Below are positions 60,901 to 64,000 of a stretch of DNA of 64,000 bases, in pieces (positions within the stretch are counted from its first letter, which is position 1; every line of letters starts with the position of its first letter). The notes under the pieces are model-generated. The model had not been told where the DNA came from, did no database searches, and saw only the letters and a list, made by a program, of their open reading frames with translations. The DNA is from Macrostomum hystrix. Its lineage: Eukaryota; Animalia; Platyhelminthes. The DNA is taken from the NCBI GenBank assembly GCA_950097015.1, contig CATNEN010000008.1, forward strand, positions 2,914,001 to 2,978,000. The letters run 5' to 3'. The position numbers were made by a program, and so were the translations under genes.

Positions 60901-63900
60901 ACGACGCTATCGGCAGTGTGGCTAGATACGTGCTGATTCAACTCACGATAGTCCATTACAGGTCTCACCTTCGCTTTGTTGACTTGCACAACCGCCATCA
61001 GTGAGATTATACCGTTGCACTCGCCGTCGAACGGCACGAGCCAGCCAGACGCAATCCACTCCCTGATCTCGGCCTCGTAATCTTCCGATGCTTCCGGCGG
61101 CACTCTGTACTGCGCTATTCTGTTAGATAAGCTTGGAGCTTCTCCGAGCCACTTCCATGCAACCGTCCATTTACCGTCTGCGAACCAAGCAGAGAAGTCC
61201 ACGTCCTCGATCAGCACGCGGTTATCGCCGCCTGATGGACTAGAAGCCGACTTGGCTTCACTTAGTAGCGCACATGGTTTGAGTACCGAATCTTCGGTTC
61301 GCTCGAACCCCGGATGGCGCTCTTGCAATGCTGAATCACTGTTTGAGCCACCCGCCGCTGAGGCCGAGTCTCTCGCCGGGTCACTCGCCGCCGATGACGA
61401 GTCTCTCGCCGGGCCACTCGCCGCCGATGACGAGTCTCTCGCCGGACCACTCGCCACTGATGACGAGTCACTCGCCGGACTACTCGCCACCGATGATGAG
61501 TCTCTCGCTGGACCACTCGCGGCTGAGGCTGAGTCTCTCGCCGGGACTGCTCTGGGCCCCGGTTCCACACCGGATGGGCCTCTCAATGCACCAAAGGAAA
61601 CGGTGCGGCCGTCGCCGCTAACATTGACGCCACCCAATCGCATGATTGCGTCCATACCAAGAAGCAAGTCGAAACCGGGTAGAATTTCAAGAACGAGACA
61701 ACTGAGCGATACCCGGCTGCTGCGCACAGTCAACAGTACATCAGCCTCCCAACCGCACTCTGCTGCTGCATCTCCATTCATCATGGTGACTCTCTCTGTG
61801 GTGCGCGTCTTCCGTAGTCCGTAGGTCCTTGGCGACACAATAGACCTGGAGCAACCAGTATCGACCAGGGCCACAACAGTAGAACCGTTAACATTAACAA
61901 TCAACGACGGTAGGCGCGCAGATCCAGAGGGAAGCCCATTTGCGCAGAAATTTTGGGCTTCCCTTACTCGTTTTTTTGGTGGATTTACACGCTGTGGGTA
62001 ATGAGCGCCCACGTGGCCGGTGTTTCCGCAGACGTAGCAGCTCTGTCTAGTACGGTTCCCGCGACTCTGGCATTCCCGGCTGAGATGACCCTCCTTGCCG
62101 CACGAGTAGCAGGTGATCTTGTTGCGTCGAACAGCTTTCTCTGCGCCCTTAGCGTTCTCGGCTCCGACGCAGCAGAAATCACGATCGATCATGAGGCTTC
62201 GCGCCTTTTCAACAATTACGGAGTTCTCCAGTTCTTCCAGTGAGCACGATGCGACTAACTGCTGACTCACTGCGCCAGGTAGACCGCGAATGAACGCGCA
62301 CTTTATCCATTCGTCTCCGGGCATCTCGTCGACCAGGCGTGCCAGCCTTGTCAGGTCGGCCAGAAAAACATCCACTGACTCCCCAGGACCCAGTCTTCGG
62401 GAGACGAACGCGTCAAAGGCCTTGAACTTGTTGAGGCTGAACGCAGAGACCAAGGCTGCTCTGAGCGTCTTGTAGTTAGTCTTGCTGGCTTCATCTAGGC
62501 CTTGGTAGACGGCAAAGGCACCGCCCGTTAGGAAGAGTGGCAGAAAGGAAGCCAGGTCAGTGATCTTCTGCAAGCTCCAGTTTCTGAGCCTACTGCGAGA
62601 AATCTTCGTCGCCATCAAATTGCTTGATGATGTCGCTGAACTTTATTGCGCTCATTCTTGCTTTCGTTTAAAAGCCGCGATAGCTTGTAACTAAGTCGCT
62701 AATGCAAAATGCAGAAGGGAACGCAAGAAGGTGAATATATTTGCGAGGGGCTGGACCTCGCGCACTTGTTAAGTGGGGTACAGAACAGTCTATCGCTGCT
62801 TAAGCAGCGGCATCGGTCAACTAACAAAAAAGATAGTTAAAGTACGAGTACAACAAGTACCATCGCTGAGACCAGACATGACAGTACCATCACTGAGACC
62901 AGACATGACAGACCATCACTGAGACCAGACATGACAATACCGTCACTGAGACCAGACATGACAGTACCATCACTGAGACCAGACATGACAGCACCGTCTC
63001 TGAGACCAGACATGACAGTACCATCACTGAAACCAGAAGTGACAATACCGTCACTGAGACCAGACATGACAGCACCGTCTCTGAGACCAGAAATGACAGC
63101 ACCGTCTCTGAGACCAGACATGACAGTACCGTCTCTGAGACCAGACATGACAGTACCGTCTCTGAGACCAGAAATGACAGCACCGTCTCTGAGACCAGAC
63201 ATGACAATACCGTCACTGAGACCAGACGTGACAATACCGTCACTGAGACCAGACGTGACAATACCGTCACTGAGACCAGACATGACAGCACCGTCTCTGA
63301 GACCAGAAATGACAGCACCGTCTCTGAGACCAGACATGACAGCACCGTCTCTGAGACCAGAAATGACAGCACCGTCTCTGAGACCAGACATGACAGCACC
63401 GTCTCTGAGACCAGAAATGACAGCACCGTCTCTGAGACCAGACATGACAGCACCGTCTCTGAGACCAGAAATGACAGAGTATTATCAAAGCGATCAAACC
63501 AACTGAAATGAGACGCACCTGCAATCCTCGATAATGTCTTCCAATTCTGAGCAGCCTGACAAACAGGGAAATTTTGAGGAAGGCAATGTACTCTGTGACA
63601 CCGAAGCTGTTGACCTCGGAGAATTCGATAATACCCCAGGCAATCTTCAGCAGCTCATTAATATAGAACGGCAATATGGACAGCAGGTCGATAACAGTGT
63701 AGGCGTTCTTAAAGTACGCCAGCTTGTTCTTGCAGCACAGAAGGCGCACCAGAAAGTCGAAGGTGAGCACTCCGAATGCGAACCAGTCGGAAAAGACCAG
63801 CCAGTCGACTTTGATTCTCGTCTGCGCGTCAGTGTGGTTGCCGTACCAGGACGGGTGCTTGCTGGAGTAGAACTGGATCTCGCGCTGCGTCAGCAGTCGC

Positions 63901-64000
63901 TGAAACTGCTCTGATGTGCTGGCCACAAAGCTGAAGACGGCGTACAAAACCGTGACCGTCAGCAGCACCGCGTAGACAGCCGCTGGGAAGCCCGACGAAG
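56242..64000 (-). CDS. Voltage-gated K+ channel alpha subunit, Shaw/Kv3-like, 5'-truncated by the window edge
   Basis: Exons 63519->64000 (S1-S4), 57579-57873 (S5 and pore FWWSLVTMTTVGYGD) and 56242-56645 (S6 and C-terminus). GT-AG junctions with phases 0 and 1 are consistent. S6 IAFTVPILVNHFMLYYS resembles Kv3 IAMPVPVIVNNFGMYYS. Confidence 0.9.
57893..57940. repeat. (GTA)n / (TAC)n trinucleotide repeat just upstream of a Kv splice acceptor
   Basis: About 14 units seen directly. Confidence 0.9.
58318..58572. repeat. 27-bp minisatellite (GACAGTACCATCACTGAGACCAGACAT), left part
   Basis: About 9 copies, interrupted by the LTR element. Confidence 0.93.
58573..58816 (-). repeat. 3' LTR (244 bp)
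   Basis: Matches the 5' LTR apart from ~6 substitutions and two extra copies of a 37-bp unit. Confidence 0.93.
58840..62655 (-). pseudogene. gag-pol pseudogene of the Gypsy element
   Basis: Probable ATG 62655 (MSAIKFSDIIKQFDGDEDFSQ). In-frame stops at 62590-62592, 60063-60065 and 59011-59013. Small deletion near 62570 and a frameshift near 59515. Motifs CYSCGKEGHLSREC, VDTGCS, RPVMDYRELN, SYIDDII, CDASS, HINLAELEA, CDVTH, LDNSATF and GIVERNHRTIK. Confidence 0.92.
62686..62855 (-). repeat. 5' LTR (170 bp)
   Basis: TGTAAC...ACAACA on the + strand, with one copy of the 37-bp unit. Confidence 0.93.
62856..63478. repeat. 27-bp minisatellite, right part (GACAGCACCGTCTCTGAGACCAGA[C/A]AT variants)
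   Basis: About 23 copies ending ~40 bp from the Kv splice donor. Confidence 0.93.

Larger units (their letters stand above)
58573..62855 (-). mobile_element. Ty3/Gypsy LTR retrotransposon, 4283 bp, full-length but decayed
   Basis: TG...CA LTRs at 58573-58816 and 62686-62855. 5-bp TSD AGTAC (58568-58572 and 62856-62860). PPT-like AGGGAGAAA next to the 3' LTR on the minus strand. Domain order gag(CCHC)-protease(LVDTG)-RT(YIDD)-RNaseH-integrase. Confidence 0.96.

Overview
Animal genomic DNA with spliceosomal introns full of minisatellites. The style fits a free-living flatworm such as Macrostomum, but that is an inference. Seven protein-coding genes are supported. (1) A secreted neuropeptide precursor with 16 non-amidated F-x-[ED]-x-x-D-R-[FY]-type peptides (6124-6756 +). 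(2) A secreted ~1707-aa MACPF protein with a glycine zipper, ~30 Cys-rich repeats and, through a splice the ORF track misses, a C-terminal F-type-lectin-like domain (18670-23949 +). (3) A 5-exon histamine H1-like GPCR (32713-40912 +). (4) An intronless CD36/SCARB1-family receptor (44300-46027 -). (5) A divergent 3-exon TRP-like channel (47752-50224 +). (6) A FAX/FAXC homolog (54549-55421 +). (7) The 3' part of a divergent Shaw/Kv3-like K+ channel (56242->64000 -). Mobile DNA comprises a decayed Ty3/Gypsy LTR element with 5-bp TSD and an atypical primer-binding site inside the Kv intron, an internally deleted hAT element and a hAT MITE (both with perfect 8-bp TSDs), two tRNA-derived SINE families, and many minisatellites. 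All family assignments come from motif recognition by eye; no database search was run.
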